A model generated the notes under the pieces. The model had not been told where the DNA came from. It was given only the letters and a program-made list of their open reading frames with translations, and made no database searches. Made by a program: the position numbers and the translations under genes. A stretch of 64,000 nucleotides of DNA from Chitinophagaceae bacterium. GTDB taxonomy: Bacteria; Bacteroidota; Bacteroidia; Chitinophagales; Chitinophagaceae. This document shows positions 17,368-27,532 of the stretch, one piece after another (the first letter of the stretch is position 1; each line of letters begins with the position of its first letter). Location of the stretch: assembly GCA_039921525.1 (NCBI GenBank), contig JBDSBP010000575.1, positions 4,712 through 68,711 of the forward strand, given 5' to 3'.

Positions 17368-20300
17368 CTAGGTTTCATGAACGGTAGATCTCAGTATAGG
17401 TAACTTAACAAAGAAAGTAGTTCCAATCCCTTCAACTGTTTTGAACCATATGTCTCCTTTTGCCTGTTCAACAATTGTTCTGCTCATTGCCAATCCTAAA
17501 CCGGTACCAGAAGACTTGGTTGTAAAATTGGGTATGAATATTTTGGATCGCATGTTGGCCGGGATACCATCGCCGTTATCTGTGATCGCAATGATTACCG
17601 AATCTGCCTGCACCTCTTCTGTAACTATCACAATGCAGGCATCTCTCTTCTCACAAGCTTCCACAGCATTCTGAAATAAGTTAGTGAAAAGCCTGTTTAA
17701 CTGTGTTTTATCTGCTAAAACCAGTATACGTAAGTTGAGAGGTACCCATTTAAATTCAAGATTTTCAGTTGACTCGTACAAAGAAGAAAGAGAATACAGC
17801 ATTTCATTCAGATCGAACACTTCATTCCTGACATGGCCAATATTGGCAAACTGTGAAAAATCAGCAGCTATATTTGAAAGATGATCAATTTGTTCCACCA
17901 GCGTACGGGCCACATTAGAAGATAGTTCCTTTACGTTTACCGAATCGTTATCAATGGCCTTCTGCAAATATTGTATACTAAGTTTCATGGGTGTTAACGG
18001 ATTCTTTATTTCATGAGCCACTTGCCGGGCCATTTCGCGCCATGCCCCTTCACGCTCACTCTTAGCCAACGCAAGGGCACTTTCTCCCAGTTTAACCACC
18101 ATCTTATTATATTCTTTTACCAATCCGCCAATTTCATCATCACGGTTCCAGGCAATCTCCTCATTAAGTTTTCCAAGATTAATTTCCCGCATTTTATGTC
18201 CTATCAAAATGAAAGATGACGTAATTCTGTTAGTAATGAATAAAGAAATTACCCCTGCCACCAAAAAAATAAATGCATTCAGGTTAATAATGGTAATCAG
18301 AAATTTGGATATTTCGCTTTTTAGTTCAGACTGAGAAACAAAAGAAGGTATGTTCAGGTAGGCATATGCAGTACCGTTTGCGTCTCTTATAGGGCTGTAA
18401 ATACTCTGGTACTCCACGTCACCCATATGCTCTTCATTAATATACTGCACCATTTCTTTATTGTTCATGTAATAAAATGCCTGGGGGTTCATTTTTTCGC
18501 TCAGAATTCCTTTAGTGTATATGATCGGGTTAGATGATACTTCGAGGGTTCCCTGGAGATCGTATAAATTGATATCTTCCCCATGTATCTGCGCTACATC
18601 AATCAAAAGCTTTTCAAGTTTCTCATTAAAACCGGTTTCATACAACCTTATCCGGTCACTGAATACCTCTTTGTCCTGAATTTTAGTTTGAATGTCATTG
18701 GACATTATCTGTATTGCTTTACTCAAACGCTCCTGGTTATTTCTCTTATACCGGTTTTTGAAGAAAACGATTGTAGCTATCCCGATCACAAAAAATGAAA
18801 CGAGGCTTATGAATATAATGGTGCCGTGTATCTGTGAACGGATATTTAATTGCCAGTATTGCTTTATAATATTCCATCTCATTCGTGATTGAATAAATAA
18901 CAGAATAATTCGGAAAGCGCTTACCAATATTAAAAAAGTTGTAAAGATCCAGGCAAACAATGTAATAGCCTCAATGATGTAATTATCTTCCTTTGCAAAA
19001 ATAACCACTTTGTCCTTCCCGCTTTTATACCATAACTCATCATATCCATTCTTTTTTACCCGCGTAAATTCTTTTGAGGGAATATCGCCTGGATTGAGAT
19101 GCGTTGGAAACATGTAATTATTATAATATTCAAATAATTTGAAATCATTATATATCGCATAGGAATAAATGGGCGAATACTCCATTGACAAATCGTTTGT
19201 TTGCCTGAAAAGTTCCGGAACCAACGCATCATTTTTATATCGTTTAGGATCGGAAAGGATGAAAAAATAACCAACAGTGTGATTAGCCGTATCTTTTACC
19301 GTTTTCTTAGAGATGTAGGAATACCTATCAAAAGCCTTTTCAAAATAGCGTACATCGGTAACAGATGTTGGTTTTCCCTGGATCTGGAAAATGGTATTAA
19401 GGGTATCATAAGAAACGGATTCACTATTATACAATGGAAATTCCGCCTGGTCAAATGTATATATTTTAGTGTCGAACTTATTGAGATAAGGGGTAAAATT
19501 TTTATTAGAAAGACTATCTTTAAGATATGTATTAGCTGTAGGGATTTTAAACCTGTCGAAGTTTGCGTATAAAAAATCATTGTCAAAATACATTAAGGCA
19601 ATGCTTAGCATGTGCTCCCTGGAAGGGTCAGCCCTGTTTGATAACTTTTCGGCTACCGTTATTCGTCGCTGCAATTCAATTTTCTGATTTTCATAAATTA
19701 TAATGATTGAGATTGATACTGAATAAACGAATAACCATAACAATACAATGGATATGTTCAGCTTGTAATAAAAACCAGATAATACCTTTTGTTGCATCAA
19801 CCATACATACACCAATAGCCAGATCAGAGTATACAGGTTCAACTCAGTATTTTGAGATTTGTTAAGGATGGTAACGATAGCCAATCCTATAATTGCGATC
19901 AGGAAGTAAAGCGTGTATTTGTTATCCTCCATGAGCGTATTCAAAAACTCCAATATCATCTTGGAAAGGAAAAAATAAGCAAAAGAAATATTAGCCAATA
20001 CTAAAAAGCCTACGAAACTGTATATATCAAGGCTGAAGAAATTGGTTACATTAAAAGGTATTTTTGAATCAGCTACCAGGCTTTGAATGATATTTGCCCC
20101 TAAAAATGTAGCACTTACCAGTAGCAACGCCGAGCCTGTAAACGCAGGCCAATTCCAGTATGTTTTTTTTAAGGAAACAAAAGATATTTTATTCGTTAAA
20201 TGCCTCACAAATAAAATGATCCAGCAAAATAAGAAAGAATTGATAAGCAAGTCGCCCAACGAATTCAGCACATAACCTGAACTGTATATGGTAACATCGA

Positions 20301-21141
20301 ACAATTTGAATTGATGAAGGTTAAGTACACCGGGAAAAAGATAGCTGAGTGTTCGCAGTAAAATTATAATACAAAACAAAAAAACAAATCCCTTCAGGTA
20401 ACTAAATCTGGTAGCGATATATAAGGCCAGGTTATTAATAAAGAGTAGAATAAAAACAATTCCTACCAGTGCTAACGTTAAAGAGACCCAGTTTGCATTG
20501 TGGTGCTTAAATAACAGTTTAGGATGCACATAAAATAAGATATTTCCATAGGAGCTTTTAACAGAATAATCTCCTTTCTGCTGCGAAATCATTATCCTGT
20601 CTTCTGCCTGCTCATGATCCACAAATTCTTTTCTTAGGCCGGTAGCATTTTCAATGGCGTACTGTTTATGAATGGGAATAAGAGCGATCACCACCAGTTT
20701 TTTTTCATTTCCCAAATCAATATGCCTGTAAACATACTCGTACTGCCCGCTGGATAAGGTTATAAAATCATTCCTTTTATACCCTTTTAAAATTTCTGAA
20801 GTTGGTACGACAAACTGGTTATTCCAGAATTTTAAAGTAATCAACCCATATACATCCGCTTCGTATATGAACACGCCATATGGCTTATCAATTATTTTTT
20901 TAAGTTCAATTTGCGTATAATCACGATTGGATAATCTTTGAAGGAGGGAAGTTTGTTTTATTAGTGATTCGAAATCTTTTTCCTGTTCGCGTACATAGCG
21001 CTCGATGGAGTTTTTAAGAAAACGCGTTGAGTTAAAAGTAGCCCAGTAATTATGAATGATAAATGCAATAGTAAACAGCCAGACAGCCGTTAAAATTAAA
21101 TACGCATTTTCGCGCACTACATAATATATGAATTTTTTCAA
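17368..21141 (-). CDS. multi-pass membrane sensor histidine kinase (NtrY-like HAMP-HisKA-HATPase core)
   Basis: 1257 aa with many hydrophobic helices. H-box is MARQVAHEIKNPLTP. N, G1 and G2 boxes are present (NLFQNAVEA, DNGDGI, GTGLGL). No adjacent response regulator. Confidence 0.85.
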   Translation of the reverse strand: MKKFIYYVVRENAYLILTAVWLFTIAFIIHNYWATFNSTRFLKNSIERYVREQEKDFESLIKQTSLLQRLSNRDYTQIELKKIIDKPYGVFIYEADVYGLITLKFWNNQFVVPTSEILKGYKRNDFITLSSGQYEYVYRHIDLGNEKKLVVIALIPIHKQYAIENATGLRKEFVDHEQAEDRIMISQQKGDYSVKSSYGNILFYVHPKLLFKHHNANWVSLTLALVGIVFILLFINNLALYIATRFSYLKGFVFLFCIIILLRTLSYLFPGVLNLHQFKLFDVTIYSSGYVLNSLGDLLINSFLFCWIILFVRHLTNKISFVSLKKTYWNWPAFTGSALLLVSATFLGANIIQSLVADSKIPFNVTNFFSLDIYSFVGFLVLANISFAYFFLSKMILEFLNTLMEDNKYTLYFLIAIIGLAIVTILNKSQNTELNLYTLIWLLVYVWLMQQKVLSGFYYKLNISIVLLWLFVYSVSISIIIIYENQKIELQRRITVAEKLSNRADPSREHMLSIALMYFDNDFLYANFDRFKIPTANTYLKDSLSNKNFTPYLNKFDTKIYTFDQAEFPLYNSESVSYDTLNTIFQIQGKPTSVTDVRYFEKAFDRYSYISKKTVKDTANHTVGYFFILSDPKRYKNDALVPELFRQTNDLSMEYSPIYSYAIYNDFKLFEYYNNYMFPTHLNPGDIPSKEFTRVKKNGYDELWYKSGKDKVVIFAKEDNYIIEAITLFAWIFTTFLILVSAFRIILLFIQSRMRWNIIKQYWQLNIRSQIHGTIIFISLVSFFVIGIATIVFFKNRYKRNNQERLSKAIQIMSNDIQTKIQDKEVFSDRIRLYETGFNEKLEKLLIDVAQIHGEDINLYDLQGTLEVSSNPIIYTKGILSEKMNPQAFYYMNNKEMVQYINEEHMGDVEYQSIYSPIRDANGTAYAYLNIPSFVSQSELKSEISKFLITIINLNAFIFLVAGVISLFITNRITSSFILIGHKMREINLGKLNEEIAWNRDDEIGGLVKEYNKMVVKLGESALALAKSEREGAWREMARQVAHEIKNPLTPMKLSIQYLQKAIDNDSVNVKELSSNVARTLVEQIDHLSNIAADFSQFANIGHVRNEVFDLNEMLYSLSSLYESTENLEFKWVPLNLRILVLADKTQLNRLFTNLFQNAVEACEKRDACIVIVTEEVQADSVIIAITDNGDGIPANMRSKIFIPNFTTKSSGTGLGLAMSRTIVEQAKGDIWFKTVEGIGTTFFVKLPILRSTVHET

Positions 21142-21146
21142 TGATT

Positions 21147-21917
21147 TTATTTTTCCACTTTAACGGAGTTCCAGAGTTCATCCATTTCTGTAAGAGTCAT
21201 TTCGTGTAAAGATCTGCCGTTTGATTTGGCGATTTGTTCCATCCGGCTAAAACGATATATAAACTTTTTGTTGGTCTTTTCCAGGGCATTTTCAGCATCT
21301 ATTTGCAAAAACCGTGCATAATTTATCAGAGAAAAAACCAGGTCGCCAAACTCCTCCTCCATTTTCTCAGGTTCTTTAATATCAACAGCTTCCTTTAATT
21401 CATGCATTTCTTCTTCTACTTTTTCCCAAACCTGTTCCCTGCTTTCCCATTCAAAACCAACCTGCTTTGCTTTTTCCTGCAAACGCATGGCTTTAATAGT
21501 TGCCGGTAAAGATTTAGGCACACCACTAATTACAGAGTTTTTACCTTCCTTTAATTTTAACTGCTCCCAATTGCGTTTTACTTCTTCCTCATCGGCAACG
21601 ATCACGTCGCTGTAAATATGGGGATGACGAAATATCAGTTTGGCGGCTACGCCGTCGATCACTTCCTGCAAACTAAATTCAGATTGTTCTGCTCCTATTT
21701 TTGCATAAAAAAGAACATGCAACAGCAGGTCTCCTAATTCTTCTTTTATGCCCTTCCAATCGTCCATCGTTATAGAATCTGCCAGTTCATACGTTTCCTC
21801 AATCGTTAACTGACGAAGCGTTTGAATGGTTTGCTTTTTATCCCAGGGACACTTCTCACGGAGATCATCCATTATTTCAACCAGTTTCATAAAAGATTCA
21901 GCCACTGCGTTTATCAT
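21147..21917 (-). CDS. mazG: nucleoside triphosphate pyrophosphohydrolase MazG
   Basis: Tandem MazG domains with EExxE/ELGD motifs (EETYELAD, EELGDLLLHV, EEFGDLVFSL). Confidence 0.9.
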   Translation of the reverse strand: MINAVAESFMKLVEIMDDLREKCPWDKKQTIQTLRQLTIEETYELADSITMDDWKGIKEELGDLLLHVLFYAKIGAEQSEFSLQEVIDGVAAKLIFRHPHIYSDVIVADEEEVKRNWEQLKLKEGKNSVISGVPKSLPATIKAMRLQEKAKQVGFEWESREQVWEKVEEEMHELKEAVDIKEPEKMEEEFGDLVFSLINYARFLQIDAENALEKTNKKFIYRFSRMEQIAKSNGRSLHEMTLTEMDELWNSVKVEK

Positions 21918-22181
21918 AGCTTAAAAATAATTGGAAAGTAATATTGTATATATTCATTAATAATCTCGAAAATTATTCTTTAAATGAAATGCCTTTTGAG
22001 GCAAAGTATTCAAGAGTTTGAAAATTTACTTTCAAATGGTGTAATATCGCATAAAAAATGAGGCGTTTTTTCTTTTTCTTTTATTGTAGCAGCCTCAAAA
22101 CAATATTTTTGCTGAAAAATAACAAGAATTTAGTAGCCATTACATATAAGTAATTGGCTCGTATTTCGTTGATAACAATAT

Positions 22182-23051
22182 ATGAAAAAGCGGGATCATA
22201 AACATACTCTAAAGACCATCGTGGCAATTCTTCTGCTGGTAATCATCTCTTCGCCGGCAATTTCACAATTCTATTACAAAGATCTTGTTACGGTTCAACA
22301 AACCAATGAAACATTCCGGCTTTATAAGAGCAATAAGATTAATAAAGTAACACTAAACAGTTTCCAGGGTAACGTGCCGGTTACAGAGGGATTTATCTGT
22401 GAACAAAAGGTTAACCTGCTTAAGAACGAAGTGATTACGTATACCAACACCCTCGACCTGGGTGAATCTTATTTTACCGCTGTGTACCAAACACAGGGAT
22501 TATTAATCAAAACAATTGACAGTTCCCAGGAAGCAATTAGTTATTCCAGCTATCAATACGATGCCGACAGCCGGTTGATCGCTATACATCATAGCACACG
22601 GGCTGCCGATAGCAGTTCTCGTTTTACAGAATCTCACTATTGGCAATATGCAGCATCCGGCAAGCCGCAGAAAATGGTACGCATAAGGAACAACAAAGAC
22701 TCAACCCATGTAAATTTTGTAACAGATGATAAAGGAAATGTTACGGAGGAAGAGATCGTTGGCAAAACTGCTGTAAACCAAAAGATCTATTACTACTATG
22801 ATGAAAAAAATCGTATTACCGATGTAGTTCAATACCGGCAAAAAGCGAAACGTTTGCTGCCCGATTATATGTTTGAATACGAAGAAACCGGTGAACTATC
22901 CACGATGACCATTGTACCGGAAGGAAGTTCTGACTACCAGAAATATTATTACAAATACGATGAAAACGGTTTGAAAGTTATTGAGTTCTGCTACAATAAA
23001 AGAAATGAACTGATGGGAAAAGTGCAATACAGTTACTCGACGGGAAAATAA
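22182..23051 (+). CDS. hypothetical secreted protein with YD/RHS-like short repeats
   Basis: N-terminal signal-like hydrophobic segment. Repeated YYYYDEKNRITDV and YYYKYDENGLKV motifs. No family recognised. Confidence 0.5.
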   Translation: MKKRDHKHTLKTIVAILLLVIISSPAISQFYYKDLVTVQQTNETFRLYKSNKINKVTLNSFQGNVPVTEGFICEQKVNLLKNEVITYTNTLDLGESYFTAVYQTQGLLIKTIDSSQEAISYSSYQYDADSRLIAIHHSTRAADSSSRFTESHYWQYAASGKPQKMVRIRNNKDSTHVNFVTDDKGNVTEEEIVGKTAVNQKIYYYYDEKNRITDVVQYRQKAKRLLPDYMFEYEETGELSTMTIVPEGSSDYQKYYYKYDENGLKVIEFCYNKRNELMGKVQYSYSTGK

Positions 23052-23160
23052 GAATATGGGATACGGCTCTGTGATTTGAGACGCCGGCTTCCGAATTGCG
23101 ACACGCAGGCCAGGTTTTGACCTGATTTATAAAATGATATAATTCGATCATTAATCATTT

Positions 23161-23323
23161 TCAAATATCAATGATCGATTGGTAAACGGTCGCATAAAAA
23201 CCTATATGGTTTTTGTTTTTAGAGCCGGCACTCCGGGTTCATACCGTATAGGTTTAAACAGGGTCAACCCAAAAAATACAATTTTTTGGGTTGACTTCCG
23301 AAGTCTTGCAAACTTCTAAAGTC
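23161..23323 (-). repeat. dispersed structured repeat, copy 1 (inverted relative to copy 2 at 46153-46312)
   Basis: By-eye alignment of its reverse complement to 46153-46312 shows a close match over about 150 bp. Contains a perfect 14-bp-arm hairpin (23264-23294) and a GACTTCCGAAGT hairpin (23293-23323). Confidence 0.75.
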
Positions 23324-23519
23324 GATGTTTTCTCATAAAAACAGGAAAGAACAACGGCTCACCCTTAAAACCTGCATATACATCAAATTCCTACTACTTT
23401 ATTTAATTAATGTCAAAAACCATTTGAGGTTAATAATTGAATTTAGCCTCTTAAATTTAAGTTGGCCGGTTTAAGGAGGTTTTCTTAACCGATTAGCAGT
23501 TAGTTTCAAAAAGGATACT

Positions 23520-24308
23520 ATGCAGACCCAAAAAGAAATAATATTACTTATCGTAGCAACAACCTTTCTTCTTTTTATTCTCCTGAGTTTTATTGTAACA
23601 ATGCTCTTCCTTAATAAGAATCAACAAAATGGGTTTCTTAAAGAAGTGGAATTGATAAAATCGAATTTTGAGAAAGAACTTCTTAAAACTCAACTTGAGA
23701 TACAGGAAGAAACATTTCAGCATATCTCACTGGAATTGCATGATAATGTGGGTCATTTTCTTTCCCTGGCTAAATTGCATCTAACCACACTTAGGATACC
23801 GATACATGAAGAATTGACTAAAAAAATGGATGCTGCCGCTTTATTGATTGCTTATTCATTAGATGAAATCCGCAATATTTCTAAAAGTTTGAATCCAGAG
23901 AATATCAAAAGTAATGGACTTATTAAAACGGTGGAGCAACAAATTGAGCAACTTCAAAAATCAGGTCAGTTTACGATAAATTTTACACTTTCAGGAAAAA
24001 CCTGTTATCTCGAAGACCAAAAAGAAATTGTTCTTTTTCGGATCTTACAGGAGTCTCTTAATAATATAGTGAGGCATTCGAAGGCCAATCTGATCCATAT
24101 AAAACTACACTATGATGAGCAAAAATTGCTCTTGTCTATTCATGATAATGGGATTGGATTTAATATCGACCATTTATATCGAAATGAAAAACACAATTCG
24201 TCGGGTTTAAAAAACATAATTAAAAGAAGTTCCCTTTTAAACGCCACACATGAAATTTTGAGCATACCTGGCGAGGGCACCACCATTAAAATTATTACGC
24301 CTTATTAA
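23520..24308 (+). CDS. sensor histidine kinase, HisKA_3 (NarX/LiaS-like), single TM
   Basis: One N-terminal TM helix, coiled-coil, H-box ELHDNVGHFLS, HATPase_c motifs (NNIVRHS, DNGIGF). Confidence 0.85.
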   Translation: MQTQKEIILLIVATTFLLFILLSFIVTMLFLNKNQQNGFLKEVELIKSNFEKELLKTQLEIQEETFQHISLELHDNVGHFLSLAKLHLTTLRIPIHEELTKKMDAAALLIAYSLDEIRNISKSLNPENIKSNGLIKTVEQQIEQLQKSGQFTINFTLSGKTCYLEDQKEIVLFRILQESLNNIVRHSKANLIHIKLHYDEQKLLLSIHDNGIGFNIDHLYRNEKHNSSGLKNIIKRSSLLNATHEILSIPGEGTTIKIITPY

Positions 24309-24317
24309 GCAAGGAAT

Positions 24318-24977
24318 ATGATTGAAAAATCTAAAATAAAGATAGCCTTGGTTGATGATCATATCCTGCTGCGAGATGCATTGGCTGGCGTCATCAGCAG
24401 TTTTGAGCATTGTAAAGTTGTTGCAGGTGCCGATAACGGCAAAGACTTTATTGAACAACTAAAAAATATCTGTTTGCCTGATTTAATTGTATTGGATATA
24501 AATATGCCGGTAATGGATGGGTACGAAACAGCCAAATGGATTAAGGATAATCATCCTGAAATGAATATTATTATACTAACGATGTTCGATTCTGAAATTG
24601 CCTTGATTCGTTTGCTTCAATGCGGTGTGAAAGCATTTTTAAAAAAAGATACCCACCCGAAAGAGTTGGAGTTTGCCATTGAATCTGTATTCGAAACCGG
24701 CTATTATTATTCGCAGAATTCATCCGGTAAATTGGCAAATGTATTTAGAAATCCCAGCCGGAACTTTACTACGCATCCAGTGACACTAACGGAAAATGAA
24801 ATAACTTTTTTGAAATTTTCATGTTCTGAAATGACTTATAAAGAAATCGCCAAATATATGTATATCAGTCCACGCACCGTTGATAATTACAGGGATTCAT
24901 TATTCGATAAACTACAAGTTAAAAGCCGGGTGGGCCTTGCTATGTATGCGATTAAAAATGGAATAGTGAACTTTTAA
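24318..24977 (+). CDS. response regulator, NarL/LuxR family
   Basis: REC domain (DDH, VLDINMP) plus a C-terminal LuxR-type HTH (YKEIAKYMYISPRTVDNYR). Confidence 0.9.
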   Translation: MIEKSKIKIALVDDHILLRDALAGVISSFEHCKVVAGADNGKDFIEQLKNICLPDLIVLDINMPVMDGYETAKWIKDNHPEMNIIILTMFDSEIALIRLLQCGVKAFLKKDTHPKELEFAIESVFETGYYYSQNSSGKLANVFRNPSRNFTTHPVTLTENEITFLKFSCSEMTYKEIAKYMYISPRTVDNYRDSLFDKLQVKSRVGLAMYAIKNGIVNF

Positions 24978-25015
24978 TAAATTACGAATTATTAATTACG
25001 AATTACGAATTGAAG
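24975..25015. repeat. tandem heptamer array, TACGAAT family (reverse complement of ATTCGTA)
   Basis: ATTACGA ATTATTA ATTACGA ATTACGA ATTGAAG, starting at the response-regulator stop codon (24975-24977). Confidence 0.85.
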
Positions 25016-25053
25016 GAATCCATTCTTATTCCGGCGAAGCCGATGGTTCTAAC

Positions 25054-25070
25054 CTGATAGCTGACAGCTA
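25054..25070. repeat. short GATAGCT GACAGCT array overlapping a stop codon
   Basis: CTGATAGCTGACAGCTA. The CTA at 25068-25070 is the TAG stop of the minus-strand response regulator. Confidence 0.6.
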
Positions 25071-25727
25071 ATCAATAAGCCTGTTACGCATCCCATACAT
25101 AATTAAACCGGCAATGGTTTTGACACCTACTTTAGATTTCATATTCTGCCGTATAGTTTCAATTGTTCTGGGACTTAAAAACACCTGTTTTGATATTTCA
25201 TCGGTAGTTTTATCATCAGCGATCAATCGAAGGATCTTGACTTCCTTTTCAGAAAACTTTACGGGGTTTGGGTAAAATTGACGAACTGCCCGCTTATTCT
25301 GCAACTTGGCCAGAACAGCTTTATTTACCAGGTCGTTAAAATAAAAATCATTGTTTATACATGTTAAAATAGCCTGATAAATTTCTTCGGGATCGGTGGT
25401 TTTGGTGAGATAAGCGTTAGCCCCCATTTCCATCATTTTGGTTACCATTTCCTGGTCATCATACATGGTAAGTACAATGATCTTTAATTGCTCATGTGCT
25501 TTGCGCAGAATAGGAATAGCATTAATACCATCAATCGCGGGCATACGAATATCCATTAATAATACATCCGGACGTTCTACCAACATTTTCTCCATCAGGT
25601 CCCTTCCATCCTCAGCTTCCCATAAAATATTTATATACTTTCTTGCTTTAAGGGCCATCTTAATTCCATCCCGAAAAATTTTATGATCATCAGCTATAGC
25701 AATTTTTATGATTATTTCATCTCTCAT
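25068..25727 (-). CDS. response regulator, NarL/LuxR family (no adjacent kinase)
   Basis: REC domain (ADDH, LMDIRMP) plus LuxR HTH (TDEISKQVFLSPRTIETIR). Clear paralog of 28394..29044; both end in N-x-LID. Confidence 0.9.
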   Translation of the reverse strand: MRDEIIIKIAIADDHKIFRDGIKMALKARKYINILWEAEDGRDLMEKMLVERPDVLLMDIRMPAIDGINAIPILRKAHEQLKIIVLTMYDDQEMVTKMMEMGANAYLTKTTDPEEIYQAILTCINNDFYFNDLVNKAVLAKLQNKRAVRQFYPNPVKFSEKEVKILRLIADDKTTDEISKQVFLSPRTIETIRQNMKSKVGVKTIAGLIMYGMRNRLID

Positions 25728-26429
25728 AAGGGTTTATTTGACCAATTATTGTAGTTTATCAAAACAAACGGGGTTAAAGTTTTCACTGGGTAAAATTTCA
25801 GGTAGTCTCTTTGTTATATAATTTCTGATAAATCCCTGTTTATCAGGGTACTTTTGCTCCTTCTTCTTTCGATGGTCTTGCATACCTTTTAAAGCAATGC
25901 TCTTATTAAAGTATTAAAAGAAGTGTTATTTTTACTATCCGACTAACAAAAAATAAACCCCGTTTCAGATCAAATGGTAGAATAAAAGCTGACTTCCAAA
26001 CTTCCGAACCACAAAAAATTACTAATTTACAGTTAGGATTAGTCATTAATAACGACAAAACTGATATTTTAATTGTTTCGCCTTCAGCATATTGGAAAAT
26101 GCGCCTGTTATGAAATCGAGTATTTCTCTTTTTAAGAAAGACGAAGAAAAGCAATTCCTATCAAATTTTCTACTATATTTACTTCAGGCATCCCCGTCAT
26201 ACACTCATATATTCTCTTTCGGCGTTGGTAAAAATACTGAAAAAATCAAGTATTTTTTCTAATTTTTTGTTCGTAACCATACTATATAAAAGTACGTAAA
26301 ACCACTCTCAGCTTAACTTACATAAAAACATGCCCTTACTAATCAGAATATGCACCTATAGGATATTTTTAAATTTTAGTGGTATTTCGCAATAGTAAAT
26401 AAGATACTCAAACTTAAAAAAATCCAAAT

Positions 26430-26804
26430 ATGTTACAAAATCAGATAAGTGCGAATAACCTGGCAATGGTAGGCGAAGAAATCAGTCAGGAGTTAGGCGC
26501 GAAAATGGTGAAAGATTTCCAGGATGTAAATCCAAATGAAAATACCGCTAATTATATTGGAAGAAATATCCTTGAAAGAATTCTTGCTCAACCAGGATGC
26601 GAAGGAATACGGTTTTACAATGCCATAAATGAAATGGGCAGAACAACGTTGGTATATGTGGGTATCGATGCAAACGAAAATATCATTAAGCAATACGTTG
26701 GTGTGAATAATTTCGGTGAATTGGTGAGTGAAGATGGAATTATCGCAGACCGATCTGTTGGTGCACCGCCAACATCAGTGGACACCGTTTGGACATGGTT
26801 TTAA
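26430..26804 (+). CDS. hypothetical 124-aa soluble protein
   Basis: Clean ORF with no signal peptide or TM helix. First gene of a closely spaced four-gene cluster. No family recognised. Confidence 0.5.
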   Translation: MLQNQISANNLAMVGEEISQELGAKMVKDFQDVNPNENTANYIGRNILERILAQPGCEGIRFYNAINEMGRTTLVYVGIDANENIIKQYVGVNNFGELVSEDGIIADRSVGAPPTSVDTVWTWF

Positions 26805-26863
26805 TTAATCATTATGTAACAATTAAATCAATGCGCTATATTTGAGGGAATTATTAAAGCATC

Positions 26864-27517
26864 GTGAGCACATTTTCTACTTTATTACTCATTATTTTTT
26901 TTCTAATTTTCTTTAAACGGAATACTGACAAAAAATTCTGGGTAATTTTTTTATATACAGTCCTGTCATATGTTTCGGATAGACTTCTTTCTATATTAAA
27001 ATTGGACAGGTTTTACAGCTTCAGTGTTTTTACCTTAATTGAATTCACTATTTTTTCTTACTTTTTTTATTTAAGCTATAAAGAAAAATCCTTTAAATGG
27101 CTTCTTATTTCGTGTTATCCTGTATTTTGTGCCGTGCTGGTATATAGTATTATTAATAAATACAAATCTAATAATGACTTTGACTATTTATCCTCTTCCT
27201 TCGAAGCAATTCTGATCATTATTTTCAGTATCTTATTTTTCTATGAACAACTTAAAAATCCTGAGGTAACTTTCATTTATGCTTCTAAAAGTTTCTGGAT
27301 TATAGTTGCCATGCTTGTGTATATGTCGGCAACATTGTTTTTATTTATTTCAACCAGTATGTTATCATCGAGTTTTCAAAAAACGATAGATGTTTGGTTA
27401 ATAAATAATGGAGCCAATATCATCAAGAATATATTTATAGCTATAGCTTTTTACAAACCATTAAAGTTGGCAATTGATTCGTCTTCATACAAATTAAAAG
27501 ATGAAAAAGTGGCATAA
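26864..27517 (+). CDS. polytopic membrane protein (about 6 TM), candidate accessory sensor
   Basis: 217 aa, GTG start, about six hydrophobic helices. It ends 15 nt upstream of a single-TM kinase. Confidence 0.6.
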   Translation: MSTFSTLLLIIFFLIFFKRNTDKKFWVIFLYTVLSYVSDRLLSILKLDRFYSFSVFTLIEFTIFSYFFYLSYKEKSFKWLLISCYPVFCAVLVYSIINKYKSNNDFDYLSSSFEAILIIIFSILFFYEQLKNPEVTFIYASKSFWIIVAMLVYMSATLFLFISTSMLSSSFQKTIDVWLINNGANIIKNIFIAIAFYKPLKLAIDSSSYKLKDEKVA

Positions 27518-27532
27518 AGCGTATTAATGTAG

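Noticed and set aside
25906-26154. 82-aa minus-strand ORF in the 700-bp divergent region
   Set aside because: It is AT-rich and low-complexity, with no recognisable motif or start context. More likely this is regulatory DNA.
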